A DNA stretch of 64,000 nucleotides from Ignavibacteriota bacterium (GTDB taxonomy: Bacteria; Bacteroidota; Ignavibacteria; UBA10030), in assembly GCA_022616555.1 (NCBI GenBank), contig JAKEEG010000091.1, forward strand, positions 1,016 to 65,015, read 5' to 3'. The position numbers and the translations under genes are program-made. A model generated the notes under the pieces. The model was not told the origin of the DNA. It did no database searches and saw only the letters and a program-made list of their open reading frames with translations. Of the stretch, positions 61,578 through 64,000 are shown one piece after another (the stretch's first letter is position 1; every line of letters begins with the position of its first letter).

Positions 61578-62564
61578 CTATCTCTTTTCCAAATATATAG
61601 CCAGGTGGTCGCCTCTGTTTTCGCGGTTCAGCTGGTCAGCTTTTTTTCTTAACTGCATGATCTGCCGGCGATTGTAGGAAGATTTTTTTGGGTTTTGCGC
61701 GTAGGATAACTCGGAAAACAGAGCTATCCTTTGTTGAAGCTGTTCACTTCCCCAGAACTGAAAATCGTTGGAATCATACACAATTTGCCGAATGTGAAAC
61801 CCTGTCTGCCGCGCAAGCAACCGGAGGCTCTCAATGGAATGAAGAAAGAAATGGCGCGGTGCATCCAATTGAATCCAGTCGGTTTTATAATATTCCCATG
61901 CATACGATGAAACCGTAGGTATCGTTATAACGCAGATACCTCTGGGCGAAAGCAACGAAAAAATTTTCTGGAGAACGTTCGCGGGAGTTGGCATATGCTC
62001 GAAGGAATCAAAAAGCATAATAATATCCCACGAGCTGGTGAGTTGCGCAAGCTCCTGTTTATGAATGACTACGCCGTTCTCATAGTGGATATCTGACGCA
62101 ATAAACGGATCGATTCCTTCAACGTTCGTAAATCCGATTTCCCCCAGCCTGTAAATCAACGACCCGGTACCGCAACCGACATCAAGTATCCGGGTTGTTT
62201 TCTCCACAGGCATTCTCGTGAGCGCCTCTAACGCCTTGTTGGGAAACCGAGAAAGCAGATACGAGCCTATGAACGTCTTCTTCAGTGCCTGGTCTGACCG
62301 AAAACTGCGTAGAAATCCTAGAACGATATTCTCTTTGGAAGGATTATTCGCGAGGCTGTAATAGTCCGATTGGTAATACCGGGAAAGGTCTTCGGGGATT
62401 TCCCGTAACTGAAGGCAATGACACTTGCTGCATTGGAAATAGTCAAACAATTCTCCGGTTCCGAACATAGTCTCTTTGGCTTTATAGAGAACATTACCGG
62501 CAACATTGCCGCAGATCGAGCACTGTAGGGCCGCATTCATGTGTTCCGGATTATTGCTTGTCAT
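61578..62564 (-). CDS. Class I SAM methyltransferase with N-terminal Cys motif
   Basis: CSIC..CSKC, ILDVGCGTG, DSFEH, DAPRH. Confidence 0.85.
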   Translation of the reverse strand: MTSNNPEHMNAALQCSICGNVAGNVLYKAKETMFGTGELFDYFQCSKCHCLQLREIPEDLSRYYQSDYYSLANNPSKENIVLGFLRSFRSDQALKKTFIGSYLLSRFPNKALEALTRMPVEKTTRILDVGCGTGSLIYRLGEIGFTNVEGIDPFIASDIHYENGVVIHKQELAQLTSSWDIIMLFDSFEHMPTPANVLQKIFSLLSPRGICVITIPTVSSYAWEYYKTDWIQLDAPRHFFLHSIESLRLLARQTGFHIRQIVYDSNDFQFWGSEQLQQRIALFSELSYAQNPKKSSYNRRQIMQLRKKADQLNRENRGDHLAIYLEKR

Positions 62565-62591
62565 AGTGTTATAAGGAAGCTCTTTTCCACC

Positions 62592-63953
62592 TCAACGATA
62601 CAACAAATACTTCTCCCTGCGGCTGAGGTAATCAGCTTGCTGCCTTTTGATCTTGGCGAGCATATCTTCCACCCGGGCGAAAGTCACTAATTCCCTACGA
62701 ATCTCCGCCGAGCCGAGAATTTTGTCGAAGGACTCGATTTTCTCCTTGCGTGCCCGCGCATAGATATTGCGCTCCGGGAAGAGTGTATAGAGTGCCGATA
62801 AAATATGCAGTTGCACAGCCGTTAGACTAATAGTATCACGGTCTGTGACGTGTATCTGCACGCCGCTGTAGCGCGTGCCGTTGTCGTTGTAAATGCGATA
62901 ATACATGGGGCGAAATTCAACGCCCACGAGCTTCTTGCCGTTGAGATGATCTGCTAATAACGGCGCATCAACCCACGGCGCACCGACAAGCTCGAACGGC
63001 ATCGTGTAGCCAAGCCCCTGATTTGCCGTGCCAAGCTCGCCCAGCAATCCGGTCATCACGTAGAACATCGGCGTAGCGGACCGAGGGATATTCGGCGAGG
63101 GCGGCACCCACGGTAGTCCGGTATCATCCCACCACATTGACCTGCTCCATCCTTCCATTTGCACTACGGTGAGATTGCATTTGACTCCGTTCGCAAGCCA
63201 GCCCTCCTCGTTAACCATCTGCGCCAGCTCGCCAACCGTTAAGCCATACACGTAAGGAATTGGATAGTACCCGACGAACGATTTATACTCCGGCTCAATC
63301 ATTGTGCCTTCCACACGATTACCGGTTAGAGGGTTTGGGCGGTCGAGCACGATAAGCTCAACGCCGTTTTCCGCCGCCGCTTCCATAGCATAGCCCATTG
63401 TAGAAATAAACGTATAGGAGCGCACGCCGATATCCTGAATATCGTAAATGAGCGCGTCTAAGCCGCGCAGCATGTCGGCAGTGGGTTTACGCGTGGGACC
63501 ATAGAGTGAGTACACTGGAAGTCCTGTCTTGGCGTCGTTGTAATTCTCCACCCATTTGCCGGCTTCCACGTCCCCACGTGCGCCATGCTCGGGACCGAAC
63601 AGCGCTACCAGCTTAACTTCAGGCGCGTTGAACAGTACATCGATAGTAGAACGAAGGTTGCCCGCAACTCCCGTTGGATTCGTAATCAACCCAACCCTCT
63701 TGCCGCGAAGAATGTCAAAATTCCGTGCCTGCAATACATCAATGCCGGGCTTTACTTTAGGCTGCGAGAAAACGCTATGAAAAGAAACCAAAAGAGTAAT
63801 CAGAAGAAAAACAAAGGAAACCCCCTGCGGCTCACAAAACGAGCCGCGTCCCCCTTCTTTAGGGGAACAAGGTGATTGCGCAATATTTTTCCCCTCCTCA
63901 CCAAGGAGGGGTGTCCCGACGTTTTTTGTCGAGACGGGGAAGTTACTCTTCAT
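62592..63953 (-). CDS. namZ: Exo-beta-N-acetylmuramidase NamZ (DUF1343)
   Basis: GLITNPTG, LFGPEHG, SLYG..RKP, DIQDIGVRSYT, LDRPNP, WVPPSPNIP; N-terminus extended by an in-frame repeat. Confidence 0.92.
   Translation of the reverse strand: MKSNFPVSTKNVGTPLLGEEGKNIAQSPCSPKEGGRGSFCEPQGVSFVFLLITLLVSFHSVFSQPKVKPGIDVLQARNFDILRGKRVGLITNPTGVAGNLRSTIDVLFNAPEVKLVALFGPEHGARGDVEAGKWVENYNDAKTGLPVYSLYGPTRKPTADMLRGLDALIYDIQDIGVRSYTFISTMGYAMEAAAENGVELIVLDRPNPLTGNRVEGTMIEPEYKSFVGYYPIPYVYGLTVGELAQMVNEEGWLANGVKCNLTVVQMEGWSRSMWWDDTGLPWVPPSPNIPRSATPMFYVMTGLLGELGTANQGLGYTMPFELVGAPWVDAPLLADHLNGKKLVGVEFRPMYYRIYNDNGTRYSGVQIHVTDRDTISLTAVQLHILSALYTLFPERNIYARARKEKIESFDKILGSAEIRRELVTFARVEDMLAKIKRQQADYLSRREKYLLYR
63816..63946. 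repeat. Full-length multi-hairpin repeat inside the namZ 5' end
   Basis: GAAACCCCCTGCGGCTC..GAGCCGCGTCCCCCTT..CCCCTCCTCACCAAGGAGGGGTGTCCCGAC..GTCGAGACGGGG. Confidence 0.8.
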
Positions 63954-64000
63954 TCGATGTTCTAGTGCTATATTATGTATTTAATGTCAGATTAGTAATG

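Overview
Chromosomal window, almost all on the minus strand, from an FCB-group bacterium. It is most likely Ignavibacteria-like, based on T9SS sprA/porX and a CTD cargo protein, gatC, and sigma70-type promoters with SD sites. From left to right: (1) 1-17.2 kb, a Wzy-type surface polysaccharide locus with an AT-rich insert encoding a tailspike-like beta-helix protein; (2) housekeeping genes (argS, rsfS, uridyltransferase-only GlmU, panC, rocF) and a sprA-porX-tsaE-tsaB-accD run; (3) divergent, apparently leaderless pdxH and lptFG; (4) an AT-rich TcmP + DUF5131 cassette and, upstream of it, an unannotated ~240-nt highly structured RNA candidate with its own promoter; (5) an operon of two Ddl-like ATP-grasp ligases, a Cys-rich protein and a KamA lysine 2,3-aminomutase, possibly a beta-lysine ligation pathway; (6) recG preceded by a translationally coupled REP-associated tyrosine transposase with GTAG palindromes; (7) peptidases, pyrG, kdsB, gatC, plsC and namZ, with a dispersed multi-hairpin repeat family, one copy of which lies in frame in the NamZ signal peptide. 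I saw no rRNA, tRNA or CRISPR array. All calls come from motif recognition by eye; no database searches were run.
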